Shown piece after piece: positions 24,075-36,293 of a stretch of DNA of 64,000 nt. Made by a program: the position numbers and the translations under genes. The number at the start of each line of letters is the position of its first letter. The first letter of the stretch is position 1. The stretch spans positions 74,524,001-74,588,000 of the forward strand of contig NC_043001.1 in NCBI RefSeq assembly GCF_006345805.1, read 5' to 3'. The notes beneath the pieces were generated by a model that was not told where the DNA came from, ran no database searches, and worked only from the letters and a program-made list of their open reading frames with translations. The stretch is from Octopus sinensis (Eukaryota).

Positions 24075-24187
24075 GGGAGCAAGGGCCAAAAAAAAAAAAA
24101 TGACCTGTCTCCAATATGCTTGAATGCAGAGGCATTCAAGCATGTTGAAGATAGGTCGTTTTTTTTTTTTTTTTTACCCTTGCTCCC
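24075..24187. mobile_element. Palindromic (fold-back) MITE, Kolobok-like ends
   Basis: About 53-bp arms GGGAGCAAGGG...TGCTTGAATGC / GCATTCAAGCA...CCCTTGCTCCC; flanked by TCAA and TTAA. Confidence 0.65.
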
Positions 24188-24379
24188 TTAATATATATAT
24201 ATAATTCTGAATTTAATGTATTTCTTACTTTATATAACAAGAACCCTAACAAGTGATGTCTGATTTTGCCTCTCCACACAACACACAAAACTTAATTTAT
24301 AGTGGTCAAATGCACAAGGAATTTTAATACAATGCTAACATTTACTGCTTGAATTTACCAAATCAACAATTACACTTAC

Positions 24380-24508
24380 AAATCAATTCATTGAAGTCTG
24401 GCAGGAGAACAAACCCAGCCACAGTACTAATATGGTGTTTAGAAGCAAGATAATCTTTGTCAATAACAAAATGGTATTTTCCCTTCTTAACTTTCTTCTT
24501 TTTTGTAT
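24380..24508 (-). CDS. METTL13: METTL13 exon 9
   Basis: (D)TKKKKVKKGKYHFVIDKDYLASKHHISTVAGFVLL; matches IDKSYLCCEHHKAMIAGL of the human protein. Confidence 0.88.
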
Positions 24509-24774
24509 CTGAAATAGAAAGAATGATTATAAGTATACATGTGTGTGAGCATATACAAGTATATGCAGGGGCTGGAAAAATTAACAGAAACATCACTTTT
24601 TACTTAACTAGTTTTTCTACAGGCAATATGACAAATTCAAAACTGTTCTAGTCTCTATATCTGTTCATATGCATTACGTATATACCTTTTACTTCATGAT
24701 ATAGTCTGCTGTTTTTCTTTTATTCCAGATATTTTAGCTGCAAAGTTAAAATACACAAGCTGTCTGATTCCCAC

Positions 24775-25445
24775 TGAGGACAAATTGTCATAGTGCAGAT
24801 GGCTGGAGCTTAATGTTTCAAAAGGTACAGCCTCTAAATTCCTGTTGGCATATTCCAAAACCAAAATAAAACCAGCTCTGGCAAGTATCATTCTAGATGG
24901 AAGGCAAAGCACAGAGAGAGGGACCACAAACTAGTGAAATATACTGAGTCTAAAAACAATTAAATTATGGCAGCTAAAGTGAGGGTAGAGCTAAACCACC
25001 ACCTTGCCAACTCTATCAAACAAAACCATTCACTGTGAACCCCATACAGTTGGATACCATGGAAGGGATGTAATTGCTAAACCTCCCTTGTCTCTCATTA
25101 ATACTGATAAGTAGAAAAAAGTAATCAGAAGTAATCAAAGTCTCAATCAACCATGTTATCTCTGATGTGTCACCATTCTCCCTATTTCCCCACTTTGGGT
25201 GAGCAAATATCTGGAAACAGTCCAAAGAAGCCCTCAACCTCTACAGTGAAGCATGAAGGTGGCTCTATGATGATTTGAATAGTCGTATCATAGAATTCTC
25301 TTAGCTCTTTAGCTGTTCAACATGGTAGAGTTAACACCAAGGATTATCTGAGTATTTTGGCTGATTATGACCACTCTACGGTATAGACATTATTCTCTGA
25401 TGTAAGCGAATCTTTGGGATGATAATGCACTGGCTCACATGGTTT
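24775..25445 (+). mobile_element. Fossil Tc1 transposase
   Basis: With stops and frameshifts: GQIV..QMAGA...VSKGTASK, then TVKHEGGSMMI...HGRVNTKDYLSIL...DNALAH, collinear with Tc1 PTVKHGGGSVMVWG...QDDNAPIH. Confidence 0.7.
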
Positions 25446-26170
25446 ATGAAACTTTGAAGTCACTGTCAATATAATTCTTGTTAAAGAATAATACACTTGT
25501 ACAATATGAAAGTATGGAATAACCCTTTAGATTAATGTAAAATTGTTTTTATTATAACTGAACATAAAAGCAAGCATTTATGTGTGAGTGTGCATATTAG
25601 TCAATGAACACAAAAAAGAAGACAAATATGCATAAAGAGAGAGGGAAAAGCATGCATGCATTCGTCCGTCCATCCGTATGTATATATATAAGACAAGATT
25701 CTTTCAGTTTACATCTTCCAGATCCACCCACAAGGCTTTCATTGGTCTAGGTTTATAGTTGATGACACTTGCCCAAGGTTGCATGAAGTGGGACTGAACC
25801 AGAAACCATATGGTTAAGAAGCAAACCTCTTAACCACACAACCTGTGCAAAGCATTATCCAACCCACTAATGATCCTGCCAATCTACTTCATTCACTGTG
25901 GTACTGCCAACGGTAACAATAGTGAATTATACCACAAAAAAATACACAGTTAGGGGTAAGAGTACTTGGTTGATGAAACCTTTGACATATGCACTACCAG
26001 TCATAAAATATAATTTAGTGAATTTCTGCTGCTTCTCTGGGCCTTCTAGAAAATCATTACTATAAAACTATTGTTAATAAATGTCTTATGAAATAACCAA
26101 TGTTCACTCTAAAATAACTAACAATAACCAAGACGAACACTTTCTGCTTCATCAAAACTGCTGTACATAC

Positions 26171-26357
26171 CTGACTGTATAAGACGGCATTCTGACTGGA
26201 TGAGATTCTGTTTACCAAGGAAAAACAGTCGTCTGTAATACTTTTCATCTTCTGCTAAGAAATTTTCAATTCTGAAAGTGCCATTCCATTCACTTCTTCC
26301 TTTATCGACCACTTCCACATCCTTGCTGATGCTATCATCAACAGACAGGTAAGGAAT
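26171..26357 (-). CDS. METTL13: METTL13 exon 8
   Basis: IPYLSVDD...YYRRLFFLGKQNLIQSECRLIQS; AG/GT boundaries. Confidence 0.92.
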
Positions 26358-27425
26358 CTAAAATGAAACATTGATTGATGCATATAAGCAACATCAATTA
26401 TCATCATCAGCATCATTATTTTAACATCCACTTTTCCATGCTTGCAAAGGTCAAATGAAATTTGTTGAGGTAGACTTTCTATGGCCAGATGCCCTTCCAG
26501 TCACTAACACACACCTGTTTCCAAGTAAGATAATAATTTTCCATGACCTGGCATGCTGTCACAGAAGAAATGAAATGATAGTGATACTCATTTACAGCTA
26601 TCCCATGTTGTCAAGACAAAAAAACACAAATATACACACAGTCATACACAACATTATCATTATCAGCATCTTTTAATGTCCGTTTTCTATGCTGGCAAAC
26701 CAGAGAGCTGCACCAGGTTCCAGTTTGATTTGGCTTGGTTTCTACGGTTGGATGCTCTTCCTCACACCAACCACTTTACAATGTATGCTGGGTGCTTTCA
26801 AAATGGCACTGACTTGAACACTGTTATGTGGCGTCAGCATGAGTGCTTTTTACATGGTCCTGGCACAGGTGTCTTGCAGGTCAACCCTCTTCACCAGAGG
26901 ATGTGACCTTAACACACACATGATGAACTTCTTTTTGCTTCTGTTAGCCAAATCCATTCACATGACTTTAATCAGCTGAGAAGACACTTGCACTATGTGT
27001 CACTCAGAAGGACTGAATCCATTTCAATGTTGTTTGAAAGTAAGCTTTACCATATAGCCATGTCGGTGTATGTATATACACACACACACCCATACACATA
27101 CACGCATGTGTGTTTGTCCTTATGCATTTTTGCATTGACACATCTGTGTCAGTGGTGAGGTTTGTTTATGCCCCATATTAACAAAATACTCTGCTCAGTT
27201 GTTTCATGTGTGAAGATGACTGGAATAAATAATCTTACTTGAAAATATGTAAGGGTTGGCAGCAGGAAGGGCATCCAATTGTAGAACACCACTACAAGAA
27301 ATCTCATCCAACTTATGTAAAAATAAAGACAATTGATGATGATAATGTCAAAGGTGGAACAGCTCTGATCCTAAGTCAGCTTGATCAGATCTGACCTGAG
27401 GCTAAACAAATACATAAATACATAC

Positions 27426-27612
27426 CTTGGTGCCAAACATAAACTTTGGTGGAGTCAGCTGTAACATATAAGGGCTGAGTTCTTCTTGGATAGCTTCAAT
27501 ATCTCCATATTCATGTTCTCTCTGCAGTGTTACAATTATCAAACGTTGAACATTAGCATCTTTCTGCAGTTGTCGACGTCCAGCATTCGTGGCAAACAAC
27601 CATTCCGTTTCC
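27426..27612 (-). CDS. METTL13: METTL13 exon 7
   Basis: (R)ETEWLFATNAGRRQL...RLIIVTLQREHEY...; AG/GT boundaries. Confidence 0.92.
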
Positions 27613-28039
27613 CTGGAGAGTTAAAAAAGAATAGGTAACAGCAGAGTAAAGAGTAAGAGCTGAATATCAGAGTTAACACAAACAATTTACTGTAATATAG
27701 GTACATGGCCAAAAATCTGAGAAGGGGAGATGTTAGTTGATTACATCAATGAAAGTATTTGACAGGCCCTATATTTTAGCAGTCCTGCAAAGATGAAAAG
27801 TAAAACTGACCTCAATGGGATTTGAACTTAGAACATAAAGAGCCAGAACAAATACTGTAAGGCGTTTTACCTGAAATTTGAATAATTCTGCTAATTCATT
27901 GCCGCAGAGTAAATATGCACTTTAAAGATGGGTTTAATAATTTGGAAGATGATGATGATGGTGATAAACCTTACAAACGATAAAACTCATATGTTTAAAG
28001 TACATATATAAAATGTATATATATATATATATATATATA

Positions 28040-28143
28040 TGAGGGGTGTATCAAAAGTTTTGAGCCTTCAAGACTTGTACTTTCATCAGAAGTCATGTAC
28101 TATGTTTTGTTTTTGAGGCTCAAGACTTTTCATACACCCCTCA
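28040..28143. mobile_element. Mariner-type mini-MITE inside (TA)n
   Basis: 28-bp TIR TGAGGGGTGTATCAAAAGTTTTGAGCCT with a near-perfect reverse complement; TA flanks. Confidence 0.8.
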
Positions 28144-28601
28144 TATAAATATATATATATATATATACTTACATATAAGAGATATCATTGTCTGTTTCTT
28201 TTATGTTTGTTTTTCATGCTAGCATGGATGAGGTGAATACATTATCGAAGCACTGCTTTATAGCTAGATGTCCTTCCTGTTGCTAACCCTTACCTATTTT
28301 TCAAAGATAAGTTCTCTTGATACAGGACTATAGAAGAAAACACTCAACCAAGGCAATCTGTCTGTCTGTGCATGTGTATGTATCGACAACTAGACTGATA
28401 CCTGCACAACAGGCTTCTTTCAGCTCCTGTCCGACAAATCTATTCACAAGGCTCTGGTTGGCCTGAGGTTATAGCAGAAGTCACTTGCCCAAGGTGCTGT
28501 GCAATGAAACTGAACTTAATGATCACAAAAGCTTAGTTGTTTTGATTTTACTGGATTCAGATGAAACCAGGTCATCAGATAAAGCAAAGAGGTTTACTTA
28601 C

Positions 28602-28736
28602 CTTTTTAGTGGGACAATAAACACAGCATATTTTGTCTGATAAGATTTCAGAGAATCGAGAACATAGAGGATGTATCGAGAAGATTCTATATTCTCAGAA
28701 TATAATTCTAGAACAACTTGTTCATCTGCTAAAGTA
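28602..28736 (-). CDS. METTL13: METTL13 exon 6
   Basis: (Y)TLADEQVVLELYSENIESSRYILYVLDS...YAVFIVPLK(R); absent from the ORF track; phases fit both neighbours. Confidence 0.88.
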
Positions 28737-28789
28737 CTGGAATAGAGGATAAAGAAAAAAAATGTCAGTTGGAGGTGTGTGTGTGAGAG

Positions 28790-29220
28790 AGTATTTGTGA
28801 GTTTATGTAAGTTTAAGTTCGTGTGTATGTATATGTAAACATGAATATTTGTATGTACAAGTTAGTGACTGTGCGTGTGAATGAGTATGTGGATATGTAT
28901 ATATTTTGTATTTTGTGGTTGGATATATGTTTATTGTGTCTGTACATGTGAGTGCATGTATGTTTTTGCATTTGTACATGTATATGGGTGTGTGTGAGCA
29001 TGTGGCTATACATGTATGTGTGACTGTGTGTAAAAGTAAATGTGTGAGAATGTATACATTTGTGCCTATATGTAATATGTGCATGCATATAAGTACATCT
29101 GTGTTTATGTACATGTATGTATAAGCATTTGTAAGTTTGTGAGTCTGTACATATATATATATATTTGTATATCTGTAGATGTGAGTAAATGTATGTACAT
29201 TAGTGTGTCTGTACATGTAA
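28790..29220. repeat. Degenerate (GT/AT)n low-complexity tract
   Basis: Alternating purine-pyrimidine decay; source of spurious H/T/Y-rich ORFs. Confidence 0.8.
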
Positions 29221-29724
29221 AAGCAGTGGTATTCTATAAGGGACAAATATAAAAAGTAATATATCTTTAAAATTGCTTCCCAACCACATAACTCTGGGTT
29301 CAGTTTCACAGCATGGCAACTCGGGCAAGTGTCTTCTACTACAGACCCAGGCCAATCAGAGTCATGTGAGTGAATTTGCAGCACAGAAACTGAATGAAGA
29401 GTACATGACTTAATGGTTAAGATGTTGCACTCACGATTGTAAGATTGTGGTTTTGATACAAAGACTGGGTGCTGCATTGTGTTTTTGAGAAAAACATTTC
29501 ATTTCACTTTGCTCTTTGATCATTTTGTCATATGGCATGTTGTACATGTGTACAGGTAATGTTAGTTTGATGGAGCGAATGAGCTTATGTGGACACAAAC
29601 GTTTGATCACTATTAACAAATCATTAGTGCAATTGTTCAGCAAGAAATTGCAGGACCCTCATATTGTCGTCTAGCGATGGGAGAGTTCATAATGAAGATG
29701 ATATATATATATATATATATATAC

Positions 29725-29759
<35 letters not shown>

Positions 29760-30681
29760 AGAAGTAAATGGAGGTAACTTCTTCCTGTTATTTTTCCTCC
29801 ATTTACTTCTTGCATATAATTTAAACTACTGTTTACCCGTTGAATTACCTGCAACCGTATACCTTTATCAAGGACTGTACCTATGGAACTAATCACCAGG
29901 AGCGCCTTTGGATTTAACCATCCCTTAGAGGTTTTGAACACCTCTAACTTATATGTATATATATATTACACACACACACACACATAGATACATGAAAATC
30001 TGACAAATAGTTTATGAAGATTTTTCTCAGTTTTAATAAATAAGGGTTGGTGATAGGAAGGGCATCAGGCAGTATAAAATATACTTCAATAAAACTCTGA
30101 CCCATGCAAGTATGGAAAAGTGAGTGTTAAATGATGACGAAAATGACTTCTTCATGCTTCCAGAGACAAACAAAATTTGTTGAAGTAGATTTTCTATAGC
30201 TGGATGACCACCCTGTTGCCAAAACTCACCTGTTTCTAAGCGAAGTAATACTTTCCCATGGCTAGCCATGTTTTTCATAAAAGAATGGAAACAATTGACT
30301 CTCCTTGTATGATGGTAATTCTCATTTACAACTATCATGTGATGTCACAACAAGGAGGTATGCAGACACCCAAAACACACATAAATTTAATATACAAGGT
30401 GGACTGAAAGTCAAGCGCTCAAACAGTTTTTCTATATATATATAATAAATTAATTTTAATCTTGGTGCATAAGTTTATGGGCCCTCTCTGTGTATAGATA
30501 CATGACAGGCTTCTTTCAGTTTAGATGTACCAAATCCATTCATAAGGATTTGGTTGGCCAGGGTCTATAACAGATGACAGCTACCCAAGGTGCTGAGCCT
30601 GATACTGTATGGTTGGGAAGCAAGCTTTTTAACCACACAGCACTGCTTTGGGAAAGAAAATAGGAACATAAAAGAACTTAC

Positions 30682-30800
30682 TATTTATTCAAGTGTTGCT
30701 TCATCATTGCAAACTTTTGCATCTCATTAATTACAGCTATCACCTCTTCTGCAGTGTCGACACGCTGCACTGAGTCAACTTGGCGGACAATTTCAAAAAT
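30682..30800 (-). CDS. METTL13: METTL13 exon 5
   Basis: IFEIVRQVDSVQRVDTAEEVIAVINEMQKFAMMKQHLNK; TACAG acceptor and TA|GTAAGT donor. Confidence 0.88.
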
Positions 30801-31164
30801 CTGTAAAGAAACAGTTGGAGAAGCAATGGGTAAAAGGTAGAAGAGAAATGATGTGTGTGACAAAATACAGAAAATGAGAGAAGAAATAAGGATAATTTCT
30901 CAGCTCTTCCAGAAGGATTTGAGCTCAAAAGCAAAAGCAAATATAACAATTATTAGCAGTATTTTGTCTGTCTTCATGCTCTTTGTTCAAACTCCACCAA
31001 GGTCAACTTTGCCTTTCATCCTTTCGGGGTCGATAAATCAAGTAACAGTGAAACACGAGACCGATGTAATCAACTAGTCCCCTCCTCACAAATTTCAAGC
31101 CTTGTGCCTTTAGTTGAAAAGATTATTATTATTATTATTATTATTTATGCTCAAAGTTCAAATC

Positions 31165-31563
31165 TGTAAAGGGAACTGGTTGCTTCTTTACACTTTTGGA
31201 GTGCAACTTGGGTGCAACACAATTTCCTTTCTTTTCTATCGCCATGTCTCAAGTCCCCGATGCTATTAAGGAATGCTATGGAATTTATTCTTCAGTCTCT
31301 AGCGCATGTGCATGAGGGAACTTCCTTATGCCTTTCCAGAAGGTTTCAACCCCACACACGCACACTGAAGAAAGACGTTCCGCACATGCACACTGAAATA
31401 TGACGTTGCGTGTGCGCACACTGGAACATAACGTCACTACAAAGGTGACGTTCCGCACACGCACACTGAAGAATGACGTTGCGTGTGCGCACACTGAAAT
31501 ATGACGTCACTTGCACCCAAGTTGCACCCCAAAAGTGTAAAGAAGCAACCAGTTCCCTTTACA
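31165..31563. mobile_element. Non-autonomous DNA transposon with TGT...ACA ends and 4-bp TSD (Ginger-like MITE)
   Basis: 53-bp TIR TGTAAAGGGAACTGG...GGGTGCAA with 1 mismatch; AATC at 31161-31164 and 31564-31567; internal tandem units of about 28 bp. Confidence 0.8.
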
Positions 31564-31684
31564 AATCCTACCAAGATCAACTTTGCTTTTTATATTTTTG
31601 GTGTTGATGGCACAAACTCCTCTCTTCAAAACTGCTGATCTTGTACCATGAGGAGAAAGCATCTTTATTAAAGCAGAGAACTGG

Positions 31685-32098
31685 TAAAATTATTAGCATG
31701 TAGGATAAAATGCTTAACAGTATTTCTTCTGGTTCTTTAATATTCTGAAATCTGCTGTGTTCAATTTTACCTGTCATCCTTTTAAGGGTCAAGTAACTGA
31801 TTAACCTGTTTCTCTTAAAATTGCTGGCTTTGTACCAGAAATTGAAACAATTATTATTATTATTATAAGGTGGTGAGCTAGCAGAATTGTTAGCTCGTCA
31901 AGTAACATGCTTAGCAGCAATTTGTCCATTTTCACATTCTGAGTTTAAATTCTGCTGAGGTCAACTTTGTATTTCACCCTTTTGGGTACCAGTTGAATAT
32001 TGGAGTGAATGTAATTGACTTACCCAGCTACCCTGAAATTGCTGGCCTTGTGCAAAAATTTGAGGTCATTATTATTACTATTATTATTATTATTATTA
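31685..32098 (+). mobile_element. Two SINE family-B copies joined head-to-tail through (TTA)n
   Basis: AAGGTGGTGAGCTAGCAGAA head and AAATTGCTGGCCTTGTG tail; (TTA)n at 31851-31866 and 32069-32098. Confidence 0.75.
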
Positions 32099-32099
32099 C

Positions 32100-32223
32100 C
32101 TGTTTCAAGCCAGGAATTTTCTTGAATTTTGTTATCACAACAGCAAACACGGGCATACAGAACGTATTTTTATGTAGTGGTTGATCTTCAATTTCAATAC
32201 GATGGAATCGGATTGGGAATCCC
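32100..32223 (-). CDS. METTL13: METTL13 exon 4
   Basis: (M)GFPIRFHRIEIE...CMPVFAVVITKFKKIPGLKQ; matches LPVFAFIMTKF of the human protein. Confidence 0.9.
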
Positions 32224-33301
32224 CTACAAAAAAAAAATAAACAAAGGAAATTACTCAAGCTGCTGCTACCACAACCACCATGATTATAATTATCCTCATC
32301 ATTATTATTTCACAGCTACTTTTCCATGTTTGCACAGGTTAAGGTCTTCTCTAGCCAATTACCTCATTACTTGTTGCCTTCTGTCGTATCTTTCCTTAGA
32401 TTCATCTCCTTAAAAGCAGTCTTCGTCATGTCTCTCTTGTTCCTCCTCTTGCAGTGCTTGGTGCCTCTTTACTCAGTTGTAAACCTCTATACACAATGAT
32501 GTCAGTGCAATCATCTCTCTTCATTTCTCCATTCACACTACATTTGATTCCTCTTTATATTCAGCTTATGTCTGCTCTGTCAATCACACACACTAACATT
32601 ACACATCCAGTGGAGGATACTTATCTATTTTCTGTCATGCCTTCACACATAATAGACCAGACATAATGACCAGACAACAACAAATGTCATACACAAACAT
32701 TCAATCTGTTCTTTACTCAGAGAGAGATGATTCCTTTTGTTACAAGCAGAAGAAATCTCCTTTATAATTCTCTATCAGAGTGAAAAAATATCCAGGGCAT
32801 AGCTGTAGTAGACCACATTCAATTATTCTACTTTTACAGCAGTGGTCATTGTTGACGGATTACTGAACAGGCTTGTATAGTAGTGGTAACTGCTGACTGG
32901 AATTATTGACAGTTATAAGCAGTGGTAATTATTGACTGATGGGGAGGAGTAGTACATTCAATGATGGTAACATCCTCATTTTATATGTATAAGTACAACA
33001 ATGCCCTTATATAAGTATAAGCTATATGAAATATATACCAGTACTGATTTTAATAAATAATTCATGGGAGGTGGGACAGGGCACATTGTCTTTGCAATTC
33101 CTTCTAAACTGGTAAGATTGATGTAGCCAGTGTCCAGCCTAAACATCTGCAGGAAAAATATTGATCAGGAACTTCCAAGAGAGTGAACTATACTAAAGGT
33201 CCCCAAGGTGTCTGGTGGTAGTGGTGGTAAAGTGGGGTGGTGTGTTAGCTTGATGAGTCATTATGATTTGATTTAACATACACAAAAGCTGTAATACTTA
33301 C

Positions 33302-33510
33302 ATCTCTGAACTGAACTTCAATAATTTCCGAAGGATGTGTTCTTGCAACAGAGTTATTATCAGGTAGCGAGCACCAAGACGCATTGTACGAGAGATCTGT
33401 GAAAGTGCTTTATCAACATTTTCTATAACTTCTTCACTTTCGTTGACCAACAGAGCATCCAGTGTCCCTTTATCAATGACAACACTGAACTCTCCATCAG
33501 TAAAATTCAT
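33302..33510 (-). CDS. METTL13: METTL13 exon 3
   Basis: MNFTDGEFSVVIDKGTLDALL...GARYLIITLLQEHIL; AG/GT boundaries. Confidence 0.93.
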
Positions 33511-33769
33511 CTAAAATAAAAAAAAAATTGCAAGGAAAGTGAGAGAAAATAAGAATCAATACTGTTGATGTCATAAATATTTAGAAACACAAAAACTGTG
33601 AAATAACTTTTTTTTTGGAACAGTGAATTTTGAAGAAGATAAATTTATAAATAATAATGTTTATGCTAATTTTTATAACTTTATCTGCTTTGAGATTTAC
33701 TATTCTAAAAAAAGAATCAATATATTACTGTTATTATCATTATAAGTTTGGATCAGGAGAATCATCGGT

Positions 33770-34803
33770 GTGTTGGCTGAAATAACTAGGTATGTAGTAG
33801 CTCTTCCAGTTCATTTCATTCTGGTTTTAAATTCTGTAGCATTTCATCCCTCAATGACTGATAAAAGAAAGGGTGGTCTATGTAGTGCAGTCATTTTATG
33901 GAAGCAGGCCAGCAGAATCATTAGTGCACCAGACAGAATGCTTAGCTCTTTACATGCTATGTTCTAATTCTGCTAAAGTTACTTTTGCCTTTCATCCTTT
34001 TGGGGCCAATAAAATACATACCAGTTGGACAGTGAATTCAATATAATTGACTTATCCCTCCCCTAAAATTAATGGCTTTGTGCCAAAATTTAAAACCATT
34101 ATTATTATTATTGAGTGAGAGTGCAGTATATGCCATCAAAATGAGACTGGGGTATATAAATACCCATCATGACTACCTGTCTGATAAGGGTACACCAGGC
34201 ACATGCATCACAACCATATGTGCACGACATGGTGGTCTTATATCAAGTTAAACAGCACTTGACTTTGCAGGTGGAACTCAGTTAGAATTTTCTTACGGTC
34301 AAGTAGCCCATCATGCTCAGAAGGTCCCTGAATAAAATTTTGTTTAAGGATGAAGAAAGAAACACCTGTTTCCAGAGGAGAATTATTCACACCACAAAGA
34401 TGCTCCCCCAGAGATGCACAAATCATCAACCACTAAGGGACATGCTCAACTGGTTATGGTCAAGCAACTGACAAACAAATCTGTGGCATTGAGCAGATTA
34501 TTATCATTATACCTGACTTGCCTTTCATCCTTGCAGAGTCAATAAAATAAGTACCAGCTGAATTCTTGGGCTGATGTAATCGACTTCTCTCATAACCAAA
34601 ATTGCTGGCCTTGTATTAAAATTTGAAATCAATATCTTTTGCAAGGTGGCAAGCTGGCAGAATCAAATGTAAAGATGGGCAAAATGCCGCTAAGAATTTT
34701 GTCTATCTTTACATTCTGAGTTCAAATTCTGCCATAGTTGACTTTGCCTTTCATCCTTTCAGGGTCGATGAAATAAGTAGTGCTTGTGCCTATAGTAGAA
34801 AGG

Positions 34804-34841
<38 letters not shown>

Positions 34842-35200
34842 GGTGGTGAGCAGGCAAAATCATTACTGCACTGACAAAATGCTTAACAGCATTTCTTCTG
34901 GCGTTTTTATATTTTAGTTCAAATGCTGTTGAAGTTGGCTTTGCTTTGGATCCTTTTGGGGTTGCAAATATAAGTATCAGTTGAGCAATAGGGTTGATGT
35001 AATCGACTAACTTCTCACAAAATTTCAAGCCCTGAACCAGTGGTAAAAACAACAACAATTATTATTATTAGTCAAATTATAGAGTACTGGATCAATCAAA
35101 ATATTTTGTGGGATTTAGTTTAGATCCTTTATGTTCTGAGTTCAAATACAACTGGAATCAACTTAACTTTTCATTTGACAGAGGTTGATAAAATAAAATA
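33770..35200 (+). mobile_element. Cluster of CpG-decayed SINE family-B copies
   Basis: At least four partial or complete copies with the CTTTCATCCTTT.GGG core, separated by (TTA)n; an unclassified repeat-like segment lies at about 34115-34500. Confidence 0.7.
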
Positions 35201-36293
35201 TCAGTAAAGTGATTAGGACAGTGAATGGTATAATCAGTAAAGCACCAGATATAAAATATATAGTAGCATTTTTTTAATGTTGCTTTAGATCTGGAGTTCA
35301 AAATCTAATCAGAGCCAACTTTCCATTCATCAAGTCAGAATGCAGATGACAGACAGGCCATAAGGGATATCAACATTTTTTTTATTTACCTTGCTATAAA
35401 TAGCAGCCAAATCTCCCTTATATTAACATTCCTCAGTTGAATCAAGTGACCTTGATTTGTATCTCTCCTCCTGCTCTTCCATCAGGCTGGGTAACTATGT
35501 ATCTTCTTTACTGCAGCACACCTGTTTTTGTCTTTATTCTCTCTCTCTCTGGCTGGGTAACCCTGTACCTCCCTTACAGCAAGACACTTGCTTCTGTCGC
35601 TGTCTCACTATAACTTTTCATCATCTGACACAAGATCGCCTCCTCCAATGCTCCCTTCCTTTTGAAAGGATCTTTGTCTTGCAAGTTACTTGGTAACCCT
35701 GCTAGTGTCAGTGTCACTTAAAAAGCATCCAGTCAACACTGTGAAGTGGTTGGCATTTGGAAGGGCATCCAGCTGTAAAAACTATGCCAAAACTGACTTC
35801 ACCTGAGCTTGTGCTGCTTAAAATGCAGCCAGTCCACTTTGGTGGGTGGTTGGTGTTAGGAAGGGCATCCAGCTGTAAAATACCCACCAAAACAGCCTGG
35901 CCAGCTCCTATCAAACTGTACCAACCCATGCTAGCATGGAAGGCAGATGTTAAATGATGACTTGTCTAAATGAAATAGGTGAAAAATAATGTGAATAAAT
36001 AAGCATTACATTTGACAGAATAATTTGATTGTTAAAGGGTTAATACTACTATTGGTAAGAAAAAGTGGCTTTCCTTGAAGTGGGAGCCAGCCTATTGCAA
36101 AGTTAACTTCCCAGTTATTGCTGAAATCTATTTACAGCTGAGTAGAGTGCAGTAACGTGAAATGAAGAGTTTTGCTCAAGAATACAATACGTCATCTGGC
36201 CCAGGAACTGAAACTATGATCTTACAACTGTGTGTGCAACACCTTAATCTTTCGGCCATGTACCTTCAATATAACTAAAAAGTGTGTGTGTGT

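Noticed and set aside
24694-24927. ORF considered as an extra METTL13 exon
   Set aside because: Exons 8 and 9 join in phase without it, and the region is the antisense of a Tc1 fossil.
28803-29477. 224-aa H/T/Y-rich ORF, and similar ORFs at 45228-46116, 47056-48157 and 54628-55097
   Set aside because: These are translations of dinucleotide microsatellites with no domain content.
31360-31510. CRISPR-like appearance of the 28-bp repeats
   Set aside because: The units are contiguous with no unique spacers, lie inside a TIR element in a eukaryotic intron, and have no cas genes nearby.
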